Shown in pieces: positions 9,141 to 16,992 of a stretch of 50,004 bases of DNA. A program made the translations under genes and the position numbers. Numbering within the stretch: position 1 is the stretch's first letter; each line of letters begins with the position of its first letter. The notes below the pieces were generated by a model. It made no database searches, had not been told where the DNA came from, and worked only from the letters and a program-made list of their open reading frames with translations. The stretch is from the IMG/VR virus record IMGVR_UViG_3300033159_000002, positions 1 to 50,004 of that record. One strand, given 5' to 3'.

Positions 9141-9569
9141 TCACTTAATATATTTTAATACGACACGCTCATCATGCAGCAACACTACCTGTGTGTGTGT
9201 GTGGGTTTTGAGATGATATAACGCGTGCGGAAACTTTGCATGCATCATTCTCTTCATAAAGACCATTATTAAAACGTTCTGTTGGTATAATAAGTGAAAC
9301 CAACTAGTCGTTGTGTCAAATGGTAAATATAATAGAATTTCACTATGAAGGATTTTATGACTCGTTATAGCTCTTAATATGAAGGGTTTTTTGTTTGAGA
9401 ATGGCGGGTTGCAGTAAGAGTGGTCTGGCCATAGTTTTACTGCTGCATTAAATTTTGTTTTATCTAGGCAAACGTCTGTGAACTTTAGTTCTTGTGTTAT
9501 AATATCATAAAGGGTTTTAGGCGTTGGTTTATTGTCATGAACCCCTTTCGGTGGAAATTTAATTGTCAT
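9141..9569 (-). CDS. Phage Dam-like DNA N6-adenine methyltransferase
   Basis: DNKPTP, FTDVC, W..SYCNPPF catalytic motif, LYLPFDTTTSWF (PF05869-like pattern). Confidence 0.75.
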   Translation of the reverse strand: MTIKFPPKGVHDNKPTPKTLYDIITQELKFTDVCLDKTKFNAAVKLWPDHSYCNPPFSNKKPFILRAITSHKILHSEILLYLPFDTTTSWFHLLYQQNVLIMVFMKRMMHAKFPHALYHLKTHTHTQVVLLHDERVVLKYIK

Positions 9570-9799
9570 TGGGACACCTCAGTACCTCTTGTTTTTAAAT
9601 CTTCTTTTACTGTTTTTCTAAAAATAGCTAACATATATGTTTCATAATATCTAAAAATATTTAAATACTCTAATGGTAATAACGGCGTTATATATGCTAT
9701 TAATTCATAGTCGTTTAGCTCTAGAACTTCTTCACCATATCGTTTTGCAAATTCATGAGCTATTTCGATTATTTTTTGTTCAACTTCTTGTCTTGTCAT
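9566..9799 (-). CDS. Small helical protein, paralog of the C-terminal domain of 2402..2851
   Basis: LELNDYELIAYITPLLPLEYLNIFRYY versus LEMNDNELTEYLVSLLPLQDLDLFRRY. Confidence 0.75.
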   Translation of the reverse strand: MTRQEVEQKIIEIAHEFAKRYGEEVLELNDYELIAYITPLLPLEYLNIFRYYETYMLAIFRKTVKEDLKTRGTEVSQ

Positions 9800-9873
9800 T
9801 TTAATTCACGTTTTCGAAATATTACAAATTTAAAAATTTTCTACTTTTTTCCCGTTTATTTCGTTAATTAATA

Positions 9874-10884
9874 TCATATGATCACCTCAAGCTTTCTTAA
9901 CAAGGTTGGTTCTCCTAGCTCATGGCCGCACCTCGGACATTTTCCGCCGAACATTGACTTTATTTCTGATGGAGCTCTTACACCATAATAGTCCTGCCCT
10001 ACCTTTTCAAACCTATACAACTCATATCCGCAGCTTTTACATACGTACCTTATAGGCCCTAAAACCTCTACTATTTCCTTATATCTGTGCCTTATGATCG
10101 TTTCAGAAATATTCAGTGCTTTTGCTACTTCTTTTTGTGATTTCCTATTGTCCATTAGTATAGCCACCACATACACCGCAGCAGCGCTTAACGTTAAGTA
10201 ATTGCCGCTAATTAGCCCATTCTTATACATGTAGTCTATCAGCTCTGCAGCTTTTGTCCCTATAATCGGCGGTAGGTTTAATTTGTCAACTATTTTAGGG
10301 ATATATTTGGTCGGTATTATTGTAGGCCTGAATTCTGGGATAACTGTTTTTATCCTCTTCGTGGCCTGCCAGAACTCGCTTATGGAAACATCAAACTTTG
10401 CCTTAAATTCCTGCAAAGATATAGGCACATTATTCATTTGGCACGAATAGTATAATACTGCGGCAATTAGCGCATTTAAACTTATCCTCCTTTCTAACCC
10501 ATTCTCAATTAGCCTTCTTAGTATAAGTGCGGCAGTTTCTTTCACATGTTTTGGTAGATCTAGTTTTGATGCTTCTCTGTTAAGCCTTGAAAGGTATGTC
10601 ACTAATTTTTTCTCCCTAGTAGATGAGATCCTACTCCAGTTATGTAACCTTTGCATTTTCATTAGCTTTATCCTATCTTTTACCTTAGCATATCTTCCTA
10701 TCGTGGTTGAAAGGCCTTCATCGTGGATTTTTAGGGTCAGTGGGGATCCAGTCCTTTCCCGCTCTAAGACGTCCTCATGATTATATACTCTCCATTCTGG
10801 TCCTAGGTCTACAACTCTGTCCTCTATAACTTCCCCTGTCTCTGTGTCAACGTACTCTCCTCTTTCAGGGTCAAAGATTATCAT
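9874..10884 (-). CDS. tfb: Transcription initiation factor B (TFB/TFIIB) homologue with C-terminal Zn-ribbon fusion
   Basis: [38 protein letters not shown], two cyclin repeats, [25 protein letters not shown], then CKSC...CPRC. Confidence 0.92.
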   Translation of the reverse strand: MIIFDPERGEYVDTETGEVIEDRVVDLGPEWRVYNHEDVLERERTGSPLTLKIHDEGLSTTIGRYAKVKDRIKLMKMQRLHNWSRISSTREKKLVTYLSRLNREASKLDLPKHVKETAALILRRLIENGLERRISLNALIAAVLYYSCQMNNVPISLQEFKAKFDVSISEFWQATKRIKTVIPEFRPTIIPTKYIPKIVDKLNLPPIIGTKAAELIDYMYKNGLISGNYLTLSAAAVYVVAILMDNRKSQKEVAKALNISETIIRHRYKEIVEVLGPIRYVCKSCGYELYRFEKVGQDYYGVRAPSEIKSMFGGKCPRCGHELGEPTLLRKLEVII

Positions 10885-11225
10885 GCCCTCACCCCTTCCT
10901 CGCCCTCTCGTGGAACTAACACGTCATAGTATTCGACGTCGTGGGGTCTTACGAATCTTATAATGAAATTTTTCTTCATTTTTTTCACGTACTCTGGATC
11001 GTGAATACAATAATCTCTGTACATATCAGGGTCGTTGAAACAGCGTATGCTCTCTACTTCCCATTTGAAATGTTTACATTCGCCGAGTGAAAAGTCTCTT
11101 TTTCTTGGGTACGTTTCACTTTCCGCCAAAAGAACATTACACTCTTTGCACCAGATGCCCTCAACACCAATATCGTCCCACTTGACTTCTAACACTTTAC
11201 TCCATTTGGGATCAATAATTACCAT
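10881..11225 (-). CDS. Cys/His-rich putative Zn-binding protein
   Basis: CKEC...CKHFKW...C...C. Confidence 0.65.
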   Translation of the reverse strand: MVIIDPKWSKVLEVKWDDIGVEGIWCKECNVLLAESETYPRKRDFSLGECKHFKWEVESIRCFNDPDMYRDYCIHDPEYVKKMKKNFIIRFVRPHDVEYYDVLVPREGEEGVRA

Positions 11226-11229
11226 GCCC

Positions 11230-11481
11230 TCACCCCTTAAACTCCTTAGTTTTACGTAATTCGCGTAAAACTGACTTTAGGTGTCTAGTTTGAGCGTTAT
11301 AGTCTTTGATCTGTATCGCAATCTCAATCGCCCTCATTAGTATATCGTTTTGTTTCTTGAGCTTCATGTTTTCTTCTTCAAGCTTCTTAATCTTGTTCTG
11401 TAACATGGTTATAGTGTCTATGGCTTTAGCGTATTGTTGTTCTAATTCCTGATTTCTCCTTATTATCTCACTAACCGTCAT
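11230..11481 (-). CDS. Coiled-coil protein
   Basis: Heptad-rich; RBS GAGGGTG before ATG 11481. Confidence 0.65.
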   Translation of the reverse strand: MTVSEIIRRNQELEQQYAKAIDTITMLQNKIKKLEEENMKLKKQNDILMRAIEIAIQIKDYNAQTRHLKSVLRELRKTKEFKG

Positions 11482-11608
11482 TTTCAACACCCTCTTTGGA
11501 GATCTTTTCTATCAAAACTAGCACTTTTTTCTTAATCGTAACGCAGTTCATATAGTCAGCGTCTTCGTAGATATTCTCTAAAAGCGTTAACAGAGTGCTC
11601 TTCTTCAT
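11471..11608 (-). CDS. Small protein (45 aa, MKKSTLLTLLENIYEDADY...), absent from the ORF track
   Basis: Fills the operon gap and overlaps both neighbours. Confidence 0.55.
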   Translation of the reverse strand: MKKSTLLTLLENIYEDADYMNCVTIKKKVLVLIEKISKEGVENDG

Positions 11609-11796
11609 ATCTCCTGTACCCTCATTTCGTTGTTTTTGTAATTCTCTTCAACGAAATTTTTCTTAATTTTCTTCATGGACAAGTACGATTTGATAGCTTC
11701 TCTGATTACCTCACTTCTCACTTGTTTAGTATTTATGCAGTATAGGTCTAGTTGCTGTAACAATTCCTCCTCTAATTTAAATGTCACAACTCTCAT
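11605..11796 (-). CDS. CopG/RHH transcriptional regulator
   Basis: MRVVTFKLEEELLQQLD...RSEVIREAIKSYL; RBS GAGGTGA. Confidence 0.88.
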   Translation of the reverse strand: MRVVTFKLEEELLQQLDLYCINTKQVRSEVIREAIKSYLSMKKIKKNFVEENYKNNEMRVQEI

Positions 11797-11818
11797 CTTC
11801 TTCACCTCATGGTAATTC

Positions 11819-12130
11819 TTATTCGTCTTCCTCACCTTTTTGCGGTAAACTCCCCAGTTTACCGTCAAATTCTGATACCATTTGCCTCAAACTTAAATCT
11901 CTTTTCTCTTCAATTAATTGTAACTGTTTTGCGTAATAATGTAATCTTGTCCCGACTTCTGCTTCATCATACTCCATTTTGTTATGTAAGTAGAATTCTA
12001 AATTCTCTATAATCTCTTTCAATTCCTTGTAAATTCTTATTGCCGTCCTATCAATCCTAGTTAATCTCTGAGCCTTATAGGCTAGAGCATACGCTTTCTC
12101 TAAGTGCTGTTGCAAAGTAGTTTCAGCCAT
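11819..12130 (-). CDS. Hypothetical helical protein
   Basis: Operon member with RBS; its C-terminal KLGSLP is encoded by a motif copy. Confidence 0.7.
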   Translation of the reverse strand: MAETTLQQHLEKAYALAYKAQRLTRIDRTAIRIYKELKEIIENLEFYLHNKMEYDEAEVGTRLHYYAKQLQLIEEKRDLSLRQMVSEFDGKLGSLPQKGEEDE

Positions 12131-12410
12131 TCCTCCTCACCTCCTTAATTTCCATTAAATTCTTTCTGTAAACATTGTATAACTCATTTACATGATGACA
12201 TAAGAAGCCGTGGGCTCCAGCTTCACATGAGCAGGAGAAGCGGATCCAGCCATTATCAATAATAATCTCTGTGTGGTGGTATGTAGTCGGCCTAGAGCTA
12301 CTAGCTACGTCTCCGCTTACCCTAATTATTCCATGCTCGTCCTCTTCAATAAGGATTATTTTGACTTTCTTATCGGGTGATATGTATACGTAATTAGCAG
12401 TAGTGCTCAT
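12123..12410 (-). CDS. SWIM zinc-finger protein
   Basis: FSCSCEAG..FLCHH (CxC-xn-CxH). Confidence 0.8.
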   Translation of the reverse strand: MSTTANYVYISPDKKVKIILIEEDEHGIIRVSGDVASSSRPTTYHHTEIIIDNGWIRFSCSCEAGAHGFLCHHVNELYNVYRKNLMEIKEVRRNG

Positions 12411-12763
12411 TCTCCCACCTCAACCTTCACGAATTTTATTTTCCCTTGATCTAGGAATTGCTTTATCTCATCCTCTTTTAGTACACGACCTTCCTCTAGC
12501 CTTATAGTTAGAATTAGTGCTATTATTATATCCCCTGCATTTGCAACTATACTTATTCTATTCTCTTTCAGCTGCGTAGAACACATCGTATTTATTAAGT
12601 CAACAGTAGCCTTATGGCCAACAGCATTAACCAGATCCTCAGCATTCTTTATTGTTTCACAGAATTCCTTCTCATCGGTCTCTTCGAATTTTGCTGTAAC
12701 CTGTCTATGTTTCTGTAACTTCAGCATGCTAGGACTGAAAGAATTAGTTAAGAAGACAGTCAT
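12407..12763 (-). CDS. acrIII-1: AcrIII-1 (DUF1874) viral ring nuclease, anti-type III CRISPR
   Basis: FLTNSFSPSML, NAVGHKAT (catalytic His), ENRISI, GD and RLEEGRVL motifs of the STIV B116/SIRV1 gp29 family. Confidence 0.9.
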   Translation of the reverse strand: MTVFLTNSFSPSMLKLQKHRQVTAKFEETDEKEFCETIKNAEDLVNAVGHKATVDLINTMCSTQLKENRISIVANAGDIIIALILTIRLEEGRVLKEDEIKQFLDQGKIKFVKVEVGE

Positions 12764-13113
12764 TCCTCCTCAGCCTCCTCTTCTTGAGACTGTAGGATCT
12801 TTATCGCTATCAGAACACTCTCAGCCTCCTCCTTAGCCTTCTGTATCACCCACTTCCTTGCTCGAGGGTTGGCTAAAACTACAGCCAGTATGGTATCATT
12901 CGCTAGGTGGATCTTACCGTTTATGGCTTTATGGACTGCAGTCCTGCTCAGCAACTCTTTCAGATCTTCAGAAAACTCCTCTGCGAATTCTTTTCTTGCT
13001 TCTTTAGATAAAGACTCTACTATTTTTGATAAAAAAGACAAAAGAAGATCTTCCTCCCCATCAACTGGGGAGTTTCCCGAAGCCACAACTGAGCCCATAT
13101 TTCCACTCTCCAA
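12760..13113 (-). CDS. Hypothetical protein, possible HTH
   Basis: LSRTAVHKAING helix motif; first gene of the leftward operon. Confidence 0.6.
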   Translation of the reverse strand: MESGNMGSVVASGNSPVDGEEDLLLSFLSKIVESLSKEARKEFAEEFSEDLKELLSRTAVHKAINGKIHLANDTILAVVLANPRARKWVIQKAKEEAESVLIAIKILQSQEEEAEEE

Positions 13114-13221
13114 TGTTTAAAGAGTATTACTTATTTATAAACTTTTCTACCCTCTCAAAGGGATATTTCATTTTCAGCTTACTCCGTCCGCTTTAAATAG
13201 TAATAAAGATAGTAATATATT

Positions 13222-13413
13222 ATGGGATCAGTTATGGAGAATGATATATATTTACAAGGATTCCTAGACTCCCTCGAATTAGCTATCCGTAAAGTGTCAA
13301 CTGCAAACTCGAAAGAAGAAGCACTAAAACTATTACTAGCTATGAAGGAAAATATCGAATCAAGAAAGATAGCTAGGCTTGAACGTATGTTAGACGAGCT
13401 TAAGACATTGTGA
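13222..13413 (+). CDS. Small helical protein whose 3' end is altered by the MITE insertion
   Basis: Leaderless with TTTAAATA TATA; the stop codon lies within the element's left end. Confidence 0.7.
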   Translation: MGSVMENDIYLQGFLDSLELAIRKVSTANSKEEALKLLLAMKENIESRKIARLERMLDELKTL

Positions 13414-13732
13414 GCTACCCCTCCTTGAAGGGCGAGGCTTTACGCCCCCCTTATATTTAAATACCTCTTTGCAAAAATCTCTTAGTGACGCTAATGACGC
13501 TCCTCCCCAGCTCGATTGAGGGCTTAATGGGACTGTGGGAGGAGCAAGCAGTGACGCCTCTTTCCTTTAAGGGACTAGAGCTCGGCAATGAAAGTCCCCC
13601 TTTCAAGTGGGAGTGGTTCTCTGAGCCACTCGACTGCCCGCCAAATGAGGGATGTAAACCCGAACCGATGGTGGGAACGATGAACCCTCTGGAAGGGAAC
13701 CCTCGACCCTTCCAGGGCGGGGAGGAAGTCAG
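13404..13732 (+). mobile_element. Non-autonomous IS200/IS605-derived element (SMN1-like MITE) retaining the tnpB 3' end/omegaRNA region
   Basis: Left end GTGAGCTACCCCTCCTTGAAGGGCGAGGCTTT after CTTAA; right end ...GATGTAAACCCGAACCGATGG...CCTCGACCCTTCCAGGGCGGGGAGGAAGTCAG; ~330 bp; no tnpA or intact tnpB. Confidence 0.8.
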
Positions 13733-13800
13733 TTCTTAGGGTATTACGCTTTATACTAACAAAAGAATTTTTATTTAGAATTCTCAAACTCTTAGAGAGT

Positions 13801-14133
13801 GTGAAAACAATGAAGAAAGAAAAGGTTACTATACTTACGAACGAGATAAAGGTACTCTGCCTACTATATAATGAGAAATTAACAAGGGCGGAAATATCAC
13901 AAAGGACAGGGTTAGATTATTCAAGTATAAGCTACATCACATTGAGGCTAGAATCACTAGGTCTCATTAGGATAGTAGGAACCAAGCATGTAAAGAGAGG
14001 ACCTTTAGAGGATGTATACGAAATCACTGAGAAGGGTATCCAGGAGATAAAACAGGAACTTGACAGAGTGTGGAATTATATGGAAACTTTACTACGAATA
14101 AAAGAAACCGCTACAGTTCCAGTAACAGGGTAA
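13801..14133 (+). CDS. Winged-HTH transcriptional regulator (MarR/PadR/ArsR-like)
   Basis: LTRAEISQRTGLDYSSISYITLRLESLGLI...YEITEKG. Confidence 0.85.
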   Translation: MKTMKKEKVTILTNEIKVLCLLYNEKLTRAEISQRTGLDYSSISYITLRLESLGLIRIVGTKHVKRGPLEDVYEITEKGIQEIKQELDRVWNYMETLLRIKETATVPVTG

Positions 14134-14275
14134 AAAGAAAACGAAGGGGGCGAAGCTCAATGAAACTATTATCTTCGATCCTTATAAGCTTTACGCTTGT
14201 TTTAGTCCTCTTCTTTATCATGCTACAAGTAGAATTCTCGATTGAAAGAATAGACGATAAACTAGGGGGTTTACC

Positions 14276-14914
14276 ATGATTGTCGGTATCGGGAAAGGTC
14301 CTTTGGCAGACTTTGTTAACAAAAACTTCAGATGTGAGTATATTTACGCGTATCCTAAGTTCTTCGACAATAAAGTCCTATTGCTAGAGAAGAGAGACAG
14401 AGCATATATTCATTATATTAAATTATTAATAAGGAATATGTACAGAGTAAAGATAGCGTTATGGCCAGATTATATCTCATATAAAGTTGCAGCAAAGATA
14501 GCTAACCTAGATCTGTTACGTAATATAAGCTTCATAGTCCCTATTCACAGTCTTAGTGATGTTGAAATAGGAGAAGAGTTAGAGGCCCAAGGTTTCAGGG
14601 TATTCTATGGGTATGCATCTGATAATAAGTACCGGGACTATGAAATCGATGAGTTTTTAAGAGAGGCTAAGGGGCCTCTGTGGTACCTCGGCGTTAGTAC
14701 GAAGAAAGAGCTAAAAGAATTACTACTCTACAGCTTTGACGGCTTTGACGTCACAGGGTACCTCTTCGGCAGAAATGAGAATAGGAAGGATCACAAGGTA
14801 CTTAAGAAAAACGTAGAAGAGCTACTTAGGACTGTATCTAAGCCTCATGGTAAACAAACGTCATTGTATGATTTTTCTAGAATACAAGATGATAAACTGG
14901 GGAGTTTACCATGA
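14276..14914 (+). CDS. Hypothetical protein, possibly a TGT/DpdA-like TIM-barrel remnant
   Basis: ALWPD, IVPIH, LWYLG and FDGFD spacing reminiscent of tRNA-guanine-transglycosylase-like proteins (weak). Confidence 0.4.
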   Translation: MIVGIGKGPLADFVNKNFRCEYIYAYPKFFDNKVLLLEKRDRAYIHYIKLLIRNMYRVKIALWPDYISYKVAAKIANLDLLRNISFIVPIHSLSDVEIGEELEAQGFRVFYGYASDNKYRDYEIDEFLREAKGPLWYLGVSTKKELKELLLYSFDGFDVTGYLFGRNENRKDHKVLKKNVEELLRTVSKPHGKQTSLYDFSRIQDDKLGSLP

Positions 14915-14941
14915 TCCACGTGAAATGGGGGTGAAAAGATA

Positions 14942-15685
14942 ATGTTGAGGCCTACCCTTACACAATTGTTAGATGTGTACTTCCAAACTGAGAATGAAGA
15001 GGAAAAAATAAACTTAATCAAAGATATTGCAATAACGCTGAAGTATGATATAGTCGCAGCTCTGAGTAATGCAGGGGACGATGTAAAACTCAAGGACGTC
15101 GTTACAGATACTAAACGTAAACTAATCCTCATTAAGTTTTACCTTACAAACCAATACCTAGCTGCTAAGGATTTCGTCATAGCTATTAAATTCTCTACAC
15201 AAAAAAGCAAACCATTGGTTCCAGCGCAGATAGAGAAATACGTAAGAAAAATCAAGGGCTGGATAGCTGCAAAACTTTACAGGAAACAATACCCCTACGA
15301 CCTAACATACATTATTATAGGACCTAAATTCACAAAAGGAGTTTATACTATGAGGAGAGAAATAGAGGACGGAAAGTATTTCTACATAGCCACTCCTGAT
15401 ACGCTCATAGAAGTGATTGAGAATTTGGTAGAGTACTTTAAGGCCAGGGCAGTGGCGTTCGCGGAAAGGCTAATGGAAACAAAAAGAAGCCTAGAAAGCA
15501 AGGGGATAGAAGGGAGGTTTGATAAAGGTATTGATGCAATAAAACAATTAGTAAAAATATCACATAAAATTAAAGGGATTGTAACGAAGGTAAGGCAGTT
15601 AATGGAAAGGGATTATTATGAAATTGCAGCAAAGCTTATAGAGGACGAAAGCTACCTGGATGAGATAGATTCGTTCTTGCGATAA
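14942..15685 (+). CDS. Hypothetical protein, possible degenerate restriction-endonuclease fold
   Basis: FVIAIK...QIEKY...YIIIGPKFT pattern; catalytic acidic residue not evident. Confidence 0.4.
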   Translation: MLRPTLTQLLDVYFQTENEEEKINLIKDIAITLKYDIVAALSNAGDDVKLKDVVTDTKRKLILIKFYLTNQYLAAKDFVIAIKFSTQKSKPLVPAQIEKYVRKIKGWIAAKLYRKQYPYDLTYIIIGPKFTKGVYTMRREIEDGKYFYIATPDTLIEVIENLVEYFKARAVAFAERLMETKRSLESKGIEGRFDKGIDAIKQLVKISHKIKGIVTKVRQLMERDYYEIAAKLIEDESYLDEIDSFLR

Positions 15686-16436
15686 CGGACGAACAAACAA
15701 ATACCTAATTCTATCAATAATTTTTCTCACTCTTGTAATAAAAATTCAAACATCGGTAAACTCCCCAGTTTAATTTCAAAATCTTTCTTCTACTTTATCA
15801 AAAATTCTTTACAATAAACTCCTTAACTGTTGAGCAGAATTTCAAAAAGAGTCTGTGGGTTTAAAGTAATTTCAGATTGTTTTCCAATTTTGTAATTTTA
15901 ATATGAACTGACCCTAGGGAGACGTGAACCTTCAGATTTTCTATTAATACCGTTATTATACTTAATAAATAGGAATAATTAACAAAATACGTACTTTTTT
16001 TCAAGTTACTGCTTTAAAATTGAATAAACTCCCCAGTTTACTCATAAGAATTACTAGGAAAGTTGAAAGAACGTGAACTACATAGGAGTGTAAAAAACGC
16101 CCATGAATTATGTAACGATATGAGGATCCAGGGTGAAAGCCCTAATGAATCAAAAATTATGCTTATCCTTCCTCCTATCCCTAGTAATATAAGAGTATAC
16201 TATATAACTCTAGTAATAATGAATGCCTAATGGCTGTTTGTGCCTATCCTGTAGGCCTTCCTAATGGTGTGGTGTGATAGGAAACCCTAGGACTGTGGGG
16301 CCCCTAGGCTATAGGATCTAAGTTATGCTTCCCTTATTTTTTTAATAATATAATAAGGGGGTTAATTTCACTGAGTTGTTACTTTTTCAATAAACTCCCC
16401 AGTTTACTGAGAAAAATCAACGCAAAGTTAATAAAC

Positions 16437-16754
16437 ATGTGTTGTTATATTCAACTTATGAAAAAGATTTCAAAAAACAATTATTATAGCACTGCTATTG
16501 ATAGTATAGCTAATTCGATGAGTGAAGAGGAATACATAAAGGCCAAGGAGTTCTATAGGTTTCTCGTCGATATAACGAGGTGTAACCACGGTATCTTAAG
16601 GATCGATAGGGAGAAACTTATTGACATTACAGCTGCTTACATGAAATGCACGCCCCTGGAAGCCTATAATATACTAACAAAGATGAAGGGTTACGGTTGG
16701 ATAAAAACCCTAGACAAAGGTTATATTATAGTTGACATAGAAAGGGAGATATGA
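16437..16754 (+). CDS. Putative winged-helix protein
   Basis: EAYNILTKMKGYGWIKTLDKGYI wHTH-like C-terminus. Confidence 0.5.
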   Translation: MCCYIQLMKKISKNNYYSTAIDSIANSMSEEEYIKAKEFYRFLVDITRCNHGILRIDREKLIDITAAYMKCTPLEAYNILTKMKGYGWIKTLDKGYIIVDIEREI

Positions 16755-16927
16755 TTTTTATGGAGAGAAAGGAGGGCTTTTTCATTTGATCTCCTTCCTT
16801 GAGCAATAAGTATTGGGCCTCTGCTACTTACAAAAGAGGGGGTTAAAGGGGTTGAAAGCCCCTACCCTGGAAGAGTGGGATGAAGTCAGATCTGCTAGGT
16901 TAAGAGAACAAATGGAATCCTTACTTG

Positions 16928-16959
16928 TTTCCTAATCAGTTAAACAAAAAGTTTAAATA
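16928..16959 (+). promoter_or_regulatory. Conserved early-type promoter TTTCCTAA-N16-TTTAAA (copy 1 of 6)
   Basis: Also at 24506-24540(-), 24586-24617(+), 25138-25169(+), 25811-25842(+) and 27017-27048(-), with fixed 24-nt spacing. Confidence 0.85.
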
Positions 16960-16992
16960 TAATTCAACAAAAGGTATAATAGGGGTCAAAAG

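Noticed and set aside
13485-13787. ORFs 13485..13739(+) and 13575..13787(-) as genes
   Set aside because: They lie within the IS605-derived MITE; only tnpB C-terminal remnants
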